A stretch of 63,873 nucleotides of DNA, counting the filler, from Guillardia theta CCMP2712 (lineage: Eukaryota > Protista > Cryptophyta), in NCBI RefSeq assembly GCF_000315625.1. It is 7 parts of 7 records of this genome, joined end to end, with 100 filler letters (N's around TTAATTAATTAA, not from the genome) between each part and the next. Parts side by side here need not be neighbours in the genome. Positions count along the whole stretch, not along the records: positions 40,823 to 54,800 come from NW_005434657.1; positions 54,901 to 57,125 come from NW_005434068.1; positions 57,226 to 62,443 come from NW_005434122.1; positions 62,544 to 63,873 come from NW_005434627.1; 3 more parts are not named here. One strand, written 5' to 3'. Under the pieces are notes generated by a model that saw only the letters and a program-made list of their open reading frames with translations, did not search any database and was not told the origin of the DNA. Made by a program: the position numbers and the translations under genes. This document shows, piece by piece, positions 53,373-63,873 of the stretch. Positions within the stretch are counted from its first letter, which is position 1. Each line of letters begins with the position of its first letter.

Positions 53373-54800
53373 TTAGAGTTGAGAGGCAACCTCTCCCTCT
53401 TGGTTGCCACTCTCCTCTTCCATCTCCAGTCCCATCTCCTCCTCTGCCTTGCTCAAGAGAAACTCAATTTCGTCTCCCGAGCCAACGCTGCCTTGGTAGG
53501 TTAGCGTAGCTGTGAAAACTACTTTATTCAGGGCAAGAAACAACAGGTCAGTTCGAAATTCTTTTTGTTGTTTCTCCCCTCCTCTCCCTGTTGCTTTTGC
53601 AAAGGCTCCCTGGCGTCTTCTTGATGCTACCGTCTCCCACGCATGCTGCTCGCTTACTCTTGCAATCTTACTCTTCAAAACTTGCATGTCGTCGTCCTGG
53701 GTTGCCGAGGATGATTCCGCCCATTCCTTCAGTGTCGGAAAACATGCATTTCCAGGAGATGACAAGCTGTCGTACAGGCCGACGATGGCTCCATCGAGCC
53801 TGAGTTTGCAAGCTTGGTTTTCTGCACTCTGTCCCTGGTTGACAGTCTCCTCTAGAACTTTGTAGATGTCTTCGAGGACCACGTTTGCCTCTGGTTCTGG
53901 GATGTTGATCTCATTCTCGATCCGTTCGAGATCTACCTGAGCCCAAAGAGGCTCTGTAGGGGGTTCTGTAGCGATCGCTTCCCAGATGTTGGCACTGCCT
54001 GGCTCTAGGAGAAGAAGTTTCCCTGCCCTGTCCCATGGCGCAAAGGACCTGAGGATGTCAATCGCCGTTTCTTTTTCTGAGAAGCTGAGCACTAGATGTT
54101 CACCGTTCCAGCTGTTGGTCTCGACATCTTCTTTCGAGGAGATCTTGACGATGTGCTCAGCCGCTGACTCCTTCCAGCTCGCCACGATCCGTCTCAGTCC
54201 TCGAATTGTCATGCCCATAGAGAGATCCTCCCCGTCGCAGATCTGTTCAGCTTCCTCTCTGGTGAACCTTCCCTTCTGTGCTTTACTCTTGACCAGTACC
54301 TCATAGGTCACTCTTCGTGGTACTGCTCCTAGCGCGTCGGGCAAGAAGTCCAACCTAATTGGATGCTGTCTCGTTACCCTGGTGATTGCACTAACCTGAG
54401 TAGTGAACCATTTGAGGATTTTTTCATCTTCCGACATCAGTCCGAGGTGTATGCTTCCTCCATTCCTGTCGTCTCCCTCAAACATCCGTAGCGTGGTGCT
54501 CGTCTTTCTTCCTTCCACAGAGAGATCAATCGATCTCTCTTCCTTGTCGTATCTCGTCCACTCCGGCTGCTGCGAAAGTGCGTTTGTTGGGCTGACCTTG
54601 AGGTCTCCTCTTCGTCTTGACTTGACCTCTAGCTGCATGCCCGCTTCCGGCTGCACCTCCAACACAGCTATTCCTTGTTGCAGCAGGTGTTGACGATAGA
54701 TCTCCGTAATCCCGGCTGAGTTCATGCCATTCATCTTGAGGAGGTGAGAGAACTCAGCTAGGGCCCCCGCCTTGCCAGAGTGCTTATCCTTCTGTGGCCT
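53373..54800 (-). CDS. ORF1 of the RT-bearing element (5'-truncated)
   Basis: Frame is open upstream of 54734; stop lies 9 nt before the ORF2 ATG; homologous to ORF1 of units A-C. Confidence 0.85.
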   Translation of the reverse strand, partial: RPQKDKHSGKAGALAEFSHLLKMNGMNSAGITEIYRQHLLQQGIAVLEVQPEAGMQLEVKSRRRGDLKVSPTNALSQQPEWTRYDKEERSIDLSVEGRKTSTTLRMFEGDDRNGGSIHLGLMSEDEKILKWFTTQVSAITRVTRQHPIRLDFLPDALGAVPRRVTYEVLVKSKAQKGRFTREEAEQICDGEDLSMGMTIRGLRRIVASWKESAAEHIVKISSKEDVETNSWNGEHLVLSFSEKETAIDILRSFAPWDRAGKLLLLEPGSANIWEAIATEPPTEPLWAQVDLERIENEINIPEPEANVVLEDIYKVLEETVNQGQSAENQACKLRLDGAIVGLYDSLSSPGNACFPTLKEWAESSSATQDDDMQVLKSKIARVSEQHAWETVASRRRQGAFAKATGRGGEKQQKEFRTDLLFLALNKVVFTATLTYQGSVGSGDEIEFLLSKAEEEMGLEMEEESGNQEGEVASQL

Positions 54801-54900
54801 NNNNNNNNNNNNNNNNNNNNNNNNNNNNNNNNNNNNNNNNNNNNTTAATTAATTAANNNNNNNNNNNNNNNNNNNNNNNNNNNNNNNNNNNNNNNNNNNN

Positions 54901-55399
54901 TGCGCTGCCTCAAGGTCGATCCGTCTTGATAACTCTTCCTCCTCCTCCTCCTTCTCCTCCTCTTCCTTTTCCCATCTTCGTCCTTCTCAAGGATCTCTAC
55001 ATTGCTTGTCGATTCCAAGTTTCTCGGTCCCCCTTCCTCCTCCCTCACGCTGCCGCAGATCCCCAACACCAGGGCCTTTCACAACATCACCAAGATTCAA
55101 GACGCCCTCGACCTCTTCGAGAGGCTCAAGAAGGACGCGCGACTGAAGGTGTGTTTTCTCTCCTTTTCCTCCTACACTGCCTCCTCAGCCAAGTCCTCTC
55201 CTCCTCCTCCTCCCTCTGCCTTTCTTCTTCCTCTGCTCCTCCCATCCTCTCGCTGCCCGTTCCCTCCCCCTCCTTCAATGTCCTTTGATCGCCTCCGCAG
55301 GAGTTCGACGCTCAGAACCAGGAGGAGTTCGAAGACGCTGCTGGCAACGTGCTGAGCAAGAAGACCTACCAAGATCTTCTCCGCCAAGGCCTCTTGTAA
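54901..55399 (+). CDS. SF3A3: Splicing factor 3A subunit 3 (Prp9), last three exons
   Basis: RCLK/IPNTRAFHNITKIQDALDLFERLK../EEFEDAAGNVLSKKTYQDLLRQGLL*. Confidence 0.92.
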
Positions 55400-55419
55400 T
55401 CACTCAATAAGTTGTACCA

Positions 55420-56802
55420 TCAAGGCCCTGCCTCCCGCCTCCCCCCCTCCTGCTTGTCCTGCACCAGGCTGAAAGATCCGACAAGGCAGGAGTACTCCAT
55501 GTCTGCGATGTTCCCCCACAGCACGTGACCTTGCACCTGCTGGGAAGTCAGAGGGGAGAGGAAGAGGAACAGGCGGAAGAGGAGTAAGGGAAAAAGGATG
55601 TCGAGCAATTCAGTGATCTCTGGAATTGAAACTGGAGCACAGTCGGGCTGGTAGACAAGTGAAGAGAAATCAAAGGGCAGAGCAGGACGAGTAGTGAGAG
55701 ACAGAGAGGGGAGGGAGGGGGGATAGTGATGCAGGGAGGGAAGCAGCAGCAGCAGCAGCAGCAGCAGCACTGAGCAGCATGTCATGTATTCCTCTCCTCT
55801 TCGCACCTCAACCGGTGGCCTCTCCTCCTCCCATCGCGCGTCCTCCTTGTACAGGGCCAACTCCTCCTCCAGCTGAAGCGACCGAGCCGGGCGGATCTTT
55901 CCCAGCATCCGGTAGTCGGCGTTGAGAGCCAGTCCCCAGCAAAGGCTTCTCCTCACCCACAGCCACAGGTGCGTTCCCTTGTGCTGCTGCGCCCCAGTCG
56001 CCTCCTCCTCCCTGTACACCCCCCACCTGCCCGCCAGCTTCATGCTCTCTTCTCCGACCGAGCAAAAGTCTCCGCTCTCCTCCAGCTCCAGCTGCACCAG
56101 CATAGGGCTCTCCTCCAGCATCCCCTGCAGTGTCCACCTGCCTCCCAGCTGCCCTCTCCCAAACGCGAGCACCTTCTGCTGCTGCTTCCTGGCCGCAAGA
56201 GACGCGTTAGGATGCGCCCGTAAGGTCTGCTGCATGCTGAAGGTCCCCACGAACTCTCCGTCCTCGCTCCCCTCCTCGATGTGCCCCTCGAGCACCGGCG
56301 AGGTCGAGTTCCTCCCCCTTAGCTGTCCCAGCAGGTGAAGGCGGGAGCCTCCAGGCAGGTTCACGTTGATCACGATCTTTGTAAGCTTCGGGTAGGCAGA
56401 CCATCTCGCCTGATCTAGCAGAATCCTTCCTCCCTCACTGTCATCTCCTCCTTCTTCCTTCCTCCCTCCCTCCTCTCTCCTTGATACTTTCTCCTGCCTC
56501 CTCCCTCCTCCTGCTTCTCTTCCCTTGTTTGTTTCCACCACCATCCCGTTCTCAGCCAGCCAGACTGAAGTCGAGAAACTCTCTCCTTCTATTGTGTACT
56601 TCACATCCCACACCCCAACCAGCCCCTTTGCTTCCGGCGCGCTCATCCTCAAGTTCTTCCAAACTCCTGCTGCTCGACACCAAGGGAGAGAACGCGGGCG
56701 AAGTCGCAGCAGGAGATCGCTGGGGAATGCGACGAATGCTGAAGACGATGAGAACATGAACGAGATGAAGAAGGAAACGAGCAGGAAATTTCTTTTTGTC
56801 AT
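55420..56802 (-). CDS. Hypothetical protein with bipartite plastid-type leader, one intron
   Basis: MTKRNFLLVSFFISFMFSSSSA-F followed by an Arg-rich transit-like segment; two related beta-rich halves (G.W motifs). Confidence 0.55.
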   Translation of the reverse strand: MTKRNFLLVSFFISFMFSSSSAFVAFPSDLLLRLRPRSLPWCRAAGVWKNLRMSAPEAKGLVGVWDVKYTIEGESFSTSVWLAENGMVVETNKGREAGGGRRQEKVSRREEGGRKEEGGDDSEGGRILLDQARWSAYPKLTKIVINVNLPGGSRLHLLGQLRGRNSTSPVLEGHIEEGSEDGEFVGTFSMQQTLRAHPNASLAARKQQQKVLAFGRGQLGGRWTLQGMLEESPMLVQLELEESGDFCSVGEESMKLAGRWGVYREEEATGAQQHKGTHLWLWVRRSLCWGLALNADYRMLGKIRPARSLQLEEELALYKEDARWEEERPPVEVRRGEEYMTCCSVLLLLLLLLLPSLHHYPPSLPSLSLTTRPALPFDFSSLVYQPDCAPVSIPEITELLDILFPLLLFRLFLFLSPLTSQQVQGHVLWGNIADMEYSCLVGSFSLVQDKQEGGRREAGP

Positions 56803-58531
56803 CCTGTTGTACTTGACCTCAAGTGAATTGAACCTGAAAGGATATAAGAGAAAACAGCACTGCCAGGCAACAAAGCGAAAGGCTAATAAAGGATGACAGG
56901 TGGGATAGTGCAATGCCGAGATGAACATGGAAATAAGTACGACAGGGGCAGCGAAGGGGAGCAGGGTTGCTAGTGGTGTAAAGTTGGTACAGCAAGTTGT
57001 CAAGAAGAGCAGCTGGAATAAAGGAGACCGAACAAAGGTTGAGGAAAATGGGAGAGGAGGGGAGAGAAGGGGAGAAGAGAGGAGAGGGAGGATAGAGAGG
57101 AGAGGAGAGGAGAGGAGGAGGGAGGNNNNNNNNNNNNNNNNNNNNNNNNNNNNNNNNNNNNNNNNNNNNTTAATTAATTAANNNNNNNNNNNNNNNNNNN
57201 NNNNNNNNNNNNNNNNNNNNNNNNNAGAGAGGCATAGATCTGGTCAGCAGGAAAGCCACAGCACGACAAGATATCAAGGAGGGAAGGGAGACCATAGGAG
57301 TAACTCTCTCTTGTGTAATACAAGTCATGACATGGTGAAAACCTGATGCTCTGAGAGATAGCGCTCGTCCGCTTGGTGCCGACAGACGTCGAGGGCGCCA
57401 CCATGGCAGGCCGGCAGCGAGAGAGGCAGGAGAGGACGAGGGCGTCCGCATCCGAGCCGGAAGAGGGACTAGCAGCATGGACCAGCAGCCAGTCAAGCAC
57501 AAGGAACGAGGAAGAGAAGAAGATATACAATCATGTCAGCAGGCGTTGCTGCTTGCTCGACCCGCTTCCTCTGAGAGATAGAGGATGAGAGCAGACGGGC
57601 CTAAGGGCTCGAGCTCTCAAGCTCAAAGCCTGACGCATCAGCTTGAGCAGCACTATCCACATCATCACAACGGCTACCAGGCACGTCAGCCTCTGAGCCT
57701 GTCGACCCTGATGCGGGCAACGACGAGTACTCCTGGCTGCATGGCCTGGAGGCAGACCAATCCGCTCTAGCCCAAGCAAGCCTCGACAGCATCAGAGGCT
57801 GCTCTCCCCAGCCCCCACCGACGACGCGCCGAGTCGTTGAAAGGTTCTACACCTAACCCGCCGCTGGATCTGCCTGGCATGTGTGAGAGCATGTAGGCGC
57901 CATGCTGGGTCGGGGGCAGGCGCTGGACGAGCTCACAGGTGCTAGCCGAGGCGCATGGGCAGGTGGAGGGAGGGCTGCTGAGGGCACAGACGTCGAGAGC
58001 AGCATCGCAGGCAGGCATGAAAGAAGGAGAGGAAGAAGGCGTCGGCGTCGGCGTCGTGGAAGGCGGAAGGCAGGAATGGTCACTGAGTGGTAAAAGTCAC
58101 CGGGGTAGTAAAGTCACAGCACCTGTCAGCAAGGCGTCGCTCCAGTGCCGTTGGGCACATGGATGAGAAGTAGCTTAGTTAGTCCTCTGCGTTCCTCTCA
58201 GAGCATCAGGCTTCACCATGTCATGACTTGTACTATACAAGAGGCCGTTACCCCTACGTTCTCCCTTCCCTCCCCTTCCTTCTTCCTAGCTCACATACCC
58301 TCCTCCCTGACACCATCCTCCTGACCTGCTCCTGCCGTCTCTTGAGGCTCCATCCGCTGACAAACATACCGCTGAGCCTGCAGGTGGCTCCAGCAGCTGT
58401 CACGAGGCTGCCGTCACTACCTCCCTCCTCTCCTCTCGTCACAAGCTTCCCTCCCTCTTTCCCCTCTCCCATCCCTCCCACTCCCTCTCCCCTCCCTGCC
58501 TTGTTCCACTCCCTTCGCCTCCTGCTCCCGT

Positions 58532-58784
58532 GACGCCTCCTGGGTGTCGTCTCGCCGCCGGCGGCCTCCTCCTCCCCTGCCTCCCGCGGCTGCTCGGGAT
58601 GTCGATGCGTCGGCATGGCCTTGGACGTCTGGCCCTGACGCCTCCGCCTCGCTGGGGGAGGAGACGAGCTTGATGAAGTGCTTCTGGGCGTGCGACCTGA
58701 CCTGCTGGACCGACCTCGTCCCGATGAAGCTCGCCATGCTCCTCGCCGGGCCCGGGCCCTAGCCCCAGGGGGATCCTGTCCTGC
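58532..58784 (-). CDS. SHAQKYF-class MYB, partial copy 1
   Basis: IGTRSVQQVRSHAQKHFIKL; truncated by gap. Confidence 0.7.
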
Positions 58785-60315
58785 NNNNNNNNNNNNNNNN
58801 NNNNNNNNNNNNNNNNNNNNNNNNNNNNNNNNNNNNNNNNNNNNNNNNNNNNNNNNNNNNNNNNNNNNNNNNNNNNNNNNNNNNNNNNNNNNNNNNNNNN
58901 NNNNNNNNNNNNNNNNNNNNNNNNNNNNNNNNNNNNNNNNNNNNNNNNNNNNNNNNNNNNNNNNNNNNNNNNNNNNNNNNNNNNNNNNNNNNNNNNNNNN
59001 NNNNNNNNNNNNNNNNNNNNNNNNNNNNNNNNNNNNNNNNNNNNNNNNNNNNNNNNNNNNNNNNNNNNNNNNNNNNNNNNNNNNNNNNNNNNNNNNNNNN
59101 NNNNNNNNNNNNNNNNNNNNNNNNNNNNNNNNNNNNNNNNNNNNNNNNNNNNNNNNNNNNNNNNNNNNNNNNNNNNNNNNNNNNNNNNNNNNNNNNNNNN
59201 NNNNNNNNNNNNNNNNNNNNNTATCCAGCTGTCAGCATGCTGCTGCTGACCACCCGCTTTACTGCCTGCCAGGATCGTCTCCCTCGATGAGGCCTGACCG
59301 ATGCTCAGGGGCTTGCGCTTCAAGGTGATGGAGGGGCTGGTGATGATGCTGATGATGGAGCCGAAGCTTGACGATGAGGCTAGACCTGCAGCAGCACTCG
59401 AGGCTGGCCAGGCTTGGCTAAGGGCTCGAGCTCTCACGCTCAAGCTGCACCCCCAGGTCCTGAAGCTCAAGCTCAACTGTCGACGATATGGAGGGGGAAC
59501 GCGCCGTCAGCCTCTGAGCCTGTCGACCCTGATGCGGGCAGCGACGAGTACTCCTGGCTGCATGGCCTGGAGGCAGACCCACACGCTCTAGCCCAAGCCG
59601 ACGAAGACTCAAGCTCAAGCTCAGACTCAAGCTCAGCCCCAGCTTGCGCCGAGTCGTTGAAAGGTTCTACACCTAACCCGCCGCTGGATCTGCCTGGCAT
59701 GTGTGAGAGCATGTAGGCGCCATGCTGGGTCGGGGGCAGGCGCTGGACGAGCTCACAGGTGCTAGCCGAGGCGCATGGGCAGGTGGAGGGAGGGCTGCTG
59801 AGGGCACAGACGTCGAGAGCAGCATCGCAGGCAGGCATCGTGGAAGGCGGAAGGCAGGAATGGTCACTGAGTGGTAAAAGTCACCGGGGTAGAAAAGTCA
59901 CAGCACCTGTCAGCAAGGCGTCGCTCCAGTGCCGTTGGGCACATGGATGAGAAGTAGCTTAGTTAGTCCTCTGCGTTCCTCTCAGAGCATCAGGCTTCAC
60001 CATGTCATGACTTGTACTATACAAGAGGCCGTTACCCCTACGTTCTCCCTTCCCTCCCCTTCCTTCTTCCTAGCTCACATACCCTCCTCCCTGACACCAT
60101 CCTCCTGACCTGCTCCTGCCGTCTCTTGAGGCTCCATCCGCTGACAAACATACCGCTGAGCCTGCAGGTGGCTCCAGCAGCTGTCACGAGGCTGCCGTCA
60201 CTACCTCCCTCCTCTCCTCTCGTCACAAGCTTCCCTCCCTCTTTCCCCTCTCCCATCCCTCCCACTCCCTCTCCCCTCCCTGCCTTGTTCCACTCCCTTC
60301 GCCTCCTGCTCCCGT

Positions 60316-60565
60316 GACGCCTCCTGGGTGTCGTCTCGCCGCCGCCGCCCTCCTCCTCCCCTGCCTCCCGCGGCTGCTCGGGATGTCGATGCGTCGGCAT
60401 GGCCTTGGACGTCTGGCCCTGACGCCTCCGCCTCGCTGGGGGAGGAGACGAGCTTGATGAAGTGCTTCTGGGCGTGCGACCTGACCTGCTGGACCGACCT
60501 CGTCCCGATGAAGCTCGCCATGCTCCTCGCCGCCCCCGCCCCTAGCCCCACGGGGATCCTGTCCT
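60316..60565 (-). CDS. SHAQKYF-class MYB, partial copy 2
   Basis: Near-identical to copy 1 at a 1784-bp offset. Confidence 0.7.
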
Positions 60566-61840
60566 NNNNNNNNNNNNNNNNNNNNNNNNNNNNNNNNNNN
60601 NNNNNNNNNNNNNNNNNNNNNNNNNNNNNNNNNNNNNNNNNNNNNNNNNNNNNNNNNNNNNNNNNNNNNNNNNNNNNNNNNNNNNNNNNNNNNNNNNNNN
60701 NNNNNNNNNNNNNNNNNNNNNNNNNNNNNNNNNNNNNNNNNNNNNNNNNNNNNNNNNNNNNNNNNNNNNNNNNNNNNNNNNNNNNNNNNNNNNNNNNNNN
60801 NNNNNNNNNNNNNNNNNNNNNNNNNNNNNNNNNNNNNNNNNNNNNNNNNNNNNNNNNNNNNNNNNNNNNNNNNNNNNNNNNNNNNNNNNNNNNNNNNNNN
60901 NNNNNNNNNNNNNNNNNNNNNNNNNNNNNNNNNNNNNNNNNNNNNNNNNNNNNNNNNNNNNNNNNNNNNNNNNNNNNNNNNNNNNNNNNNNNNNNNNNNN
61001 NNNNNNNNNNNNNNNNNNNNNNNNNNNNNNNNNNNNNNNNNNNNNNNNNNNNNNNNNNNNGTCTCCTCGATGAGGCCTGACCGATGCTCAGGGGCTTGCG
61101 CTTCAAGGTGATGGAGGGGCTGGTGATGATGCTGATGATGGAGCCGAAGCTTGACGATGAGGCTAGACCTGCAGCAGCACTCGAGGCTGGCCAGGCTTGG
61201 CTAAGGGCTCGAGCTCTCACGCTCAAGCTGCACNNNNNNNNNNNNNNNNNNNNNNNNNNNNNNNNNNNNNNNNNNNNNNNNNNNNNNNNNNNNNNNNNNN
61301 NNNNNNNNNNNNNNNNNNNNNNNNNNNNNNNNNNNNNNNNNNNNNNNNNNNNNNNNNNNNNNNNNNNNNNNNNNNNNNNNNNNNNNNNNNNNNNNNNNNN
61401 NNNNNNNNNNNNNNNNNNNNNNNNNNNNNNNNNNNNNNNNNNNNNNNNNNNNNNNNNNNNNNNNNNNNNNNNNNNNNNNNNNNNNNNNNNNNNNNNNNNN
61501 NNNNNNNNNNNNNNNNNNNNNNNNNNNNNNNNNNNNNNNNNNNNNNNNNNNNNNNNNNNNNNNNNNNNNNNNNNNNNNNNNNNNNNNNNNNNNNNNNNNN
61601 NNNNNNNNNNNNNNNNNNNNNNNNNNNNNNNNNNNNNNNNNNNNNNNNNNNNNNNNNNNNNNNNNNNNNNNNNNNNNNNNNNNNNNNNNNNNNNNNNNNN
61701 NNNNNNNNNNNNNNNNNNNNNNNNNNNNNNNNNNNNNNNNNNNNNNNNNNNNNNNNNNNNNNNNNNNNNNNNNNNNNNNNNNNNNNNNNNNNNNNNNNNN
61801 NNNNNNNNNNNNNNNNNNNNNNNNNNNNNNNNNNNNNNNG

Positions 61841-62277
61841 AGGGCGTCGAGAGCGACGCGAGCGCGGGGAAGGAGGAGGCCGGGGGAGGGTCGGGGTCAG
61901 CAGGCAGGCCCAAGACAAAGCAGCCCGCCTTCAGGCGTCACCCCTGGACCGAGGAGGAGGAGGCGCGCTTCCGGATCGCGCTGGAGATGTTCGGGCCCAA
62001 GGAGCGGAGCTTGGTGACGCAGGGCAGGATCCCCGTGGGGCTAGGGGCGGGGGCGGCGAGGAGCATGGCGAGCTTCATCGGGACGAGGTCGGTCCAGCAG
62101 GTCAGGTCGCACGCCCAGAAGCACTTCATCAAGCTCGTCTCCTCCCCCGGCGAGGCGGAGGCGTCAGGGCCAGACGTCCAAGGCCATGCCGACGCATCGA
62201 CATCCCGAGCAGCCGCGGGAGGCAGGGGAGGAGGAGGGCGGCGGCGGCGAGACGACACCCAGGAGGCGTCACAGTAG
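61841..62277 (+). CDS. SHAQKYF-class MYB, partial copy 3 (inverted)
   Basis: HPWTEEEEARFRIALEMFG..IGTRSVQQVRSHAQKHF. Confidence 0.8.
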
Positions 62278-62545
62278 CAGCCAGCGAGGAGACTAGCAGA
62301 GGACAGGTCAGCAGTGTAGAGGGAGAGCAGGCAGGCTTGTGACGAGAGGAGAGGAGGGAGGTAGGGAGGGCAGACTGTGGCTGGAGCCGCAAGCGGGCTA
62401 AGGGTGCTTGTGTTGGTTGACGGATGGAGCCTCAAGAGAGGCANNNNNNNNNNNNNNNNNNNNNNNNNNNNNNNNNNNNNNNNNNNNTTAATTAATTAAN
62501 NNNNNNNNNNNNNNNNNNNNNNNNNNNNNNNNNNNNNNNNNNNAG

Positions 62546-62607
<62 letters not shown>

Positions 62608-62703
62608 AGCGGTGGGGTGGGGGGGCGGCGGGCGGAGGAGCGAAGAGGTAGAGACAAGGGGCAGGGGAAAGAGCAGGAGCAGGAGGGAGTTACAAGGTCA
62701 CAG

Positions 62704-63320
62704 GAGTGCAATGCTCTCTATGGGGAAGAGATTAAGGGCATCATCACGCGAGGGAGGGGCATCAAAGTTCACAGGTAAGGACGAGGATGAGGACGAGGAC
62801 AAGCAACCCCAGCTGACGGTCAGCAGGTCCTCGTGCGAGCTGCTGCTCGAGAGCGACGTGCAGAGGCACATCGACGTGTCGTGGGATCAGGAGGCTCAGC
62901 CGACGCAGCGACCGGTGGAGATCGAGGTGAGGGGGAGAGGAAGAAGAGGGGAGAGTAGAGGAGAGGAGGGGTGAGGGGGAGGGAGGGGGATGCAGCAGGG
63001 AGGAGGAGGAGGAGGAGGAGGAGGAGGAGGGCTTGTTGACGTGCCTTGTGGCAGGTGGAGTGCGAGGACTCGCCTGGGATGTTGGCGTCGATGTCTCGAG
63101 CGATCTCTCATGCCTCAGTCAATATCGCCAGCGTCGTTCTGAAGAAGCTGCCAGCAGGTACAAGAAGTTCAAGAGAGGAGGGAGATGGAGCAAGAGGCGG
63201 AGGGAGGAGCAGGAGCAGGAGCAGGAGCAGGAGAGATTTGAGGGTCGTGTTGCTTGCAGGTTATGGTGTCGCAAGGTTTGAAGTCATGGTCGCTACCCAG
63301 AAGGTGAGAAATCTCCTCTT

Positions 63321-63354
<34 letters not shown>

Positions 63355-63374
63355 ACAACAACAACAACAACAAT

Positions 63375-63406
<32 letters not shown>

Positions 63407-63623
63407 CTGTCTAGTTCTGACTGCTCGTCACCAGGACCTCGATCGCGTCTTCACGAAGCTGCAGGGCACGAAGGTGTGAAGAGGAGGAGGAGGGAAGGAA
63501 GAGGGGAGGGGAGGGGAGGGATGAGGAGGGGAGGGGAGGGAAGTTGACGGGTTGGCAGGGGGTGTTGCATGTTGCAAGAAGTGGAGCGAACGCGAGGAAG
63601 AGCAAAAGAAGAAGACTGCGAAG
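62704..63623 (+). CDS. RelA/SpoT homologue, C-terminal ZFD/CC and ACT exons
   Basis: Spliced reading: ECNALYGEEIKGIITRGRGIKVHR/SSCELL..HIDVSW../VECEDSPGMLASMSRAISHASVNI../DLDRVFTKLQGTK. Confidence 0.85.
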
Positions 63624-63873
63624 GTGAGAGAGAGAAGGAGAGGAGGAGGAGGGAAAGGAAGAGTGGGAGCGAGCAAGCAAGCGAGCGAGCAAGCGAGCGA
63701 GGGGGTTCACTGACGCTTCTGGAGCAGCTCGATTGTTCCTCCGAACCTTATGAGCGACGAGTAGGAGAGAGGGAGGGAGAGGCTGGAGGAAGGAAAAGAG
63801 CGAGGAGGGGCTGAGGAGCTTGAAGGAGAGGAGGAGTGGGGGGGGGAGGGGGGGAAGGTAATTTAAGTTTTAA

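Larger units (their letters stand above)
46173..54800 (-). mobile_element. Non-LTR retrotransposon, Dualen-like: ORF1 plus protease-APE-RT-RNaseH-CCHC-RLE ORF2
   Basis: More than 8.6 kb, intronless; 5' end cut by the scaffold end; no tail visible at the 3' end. Confidence 0.9.

Overview
Eukaryotic nuclear DNA: short GT-AG introns, AG-rich microsatellites, TTTAGGG telomeric units and bipartite leaders. A cryptophyte-like alga is my inference. The window is at least 7 separate scaffolds joined by artificial N-TTAATTAATTAA-N linkers, so adjacency across linkers is not biological. Host genes include a GAF-nucleotide cyclase, GORAB-like, a multi-domain alpha/beta hydrolase, tRNA-Arg(ACG), WDR26/GID7, NAF1, a GT2, a chlamydial-type TGT, the SF3A3 3' end, SHAQKYF-type MYB copies and a RelA/SpoT C-terminus. 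The most interesting part is 33.4-54.8 kb. (1) A head-to-tail chain of three related retroelement units; two of them end with no ORF2 and the third has a gap. All three share a 20-nt 3' motif, a (TAA)n or (TAC)n tail and 2-4 TTTAGGG units. The two units whose 5' ends are visible each start with a near-perfect 19- or 20-bp tandem array. (2) On the next scaffold, a non-LTR element with a homologous ORF1 and an ORF2 of C48 protease, APE, RT, degenerate RNase H, CCHC and an RLE-like end (Dualen-like). (3) A RAG1/Transib/Chapaev-like DDE transposase lying tail-to-tail with a BAH-like gene.
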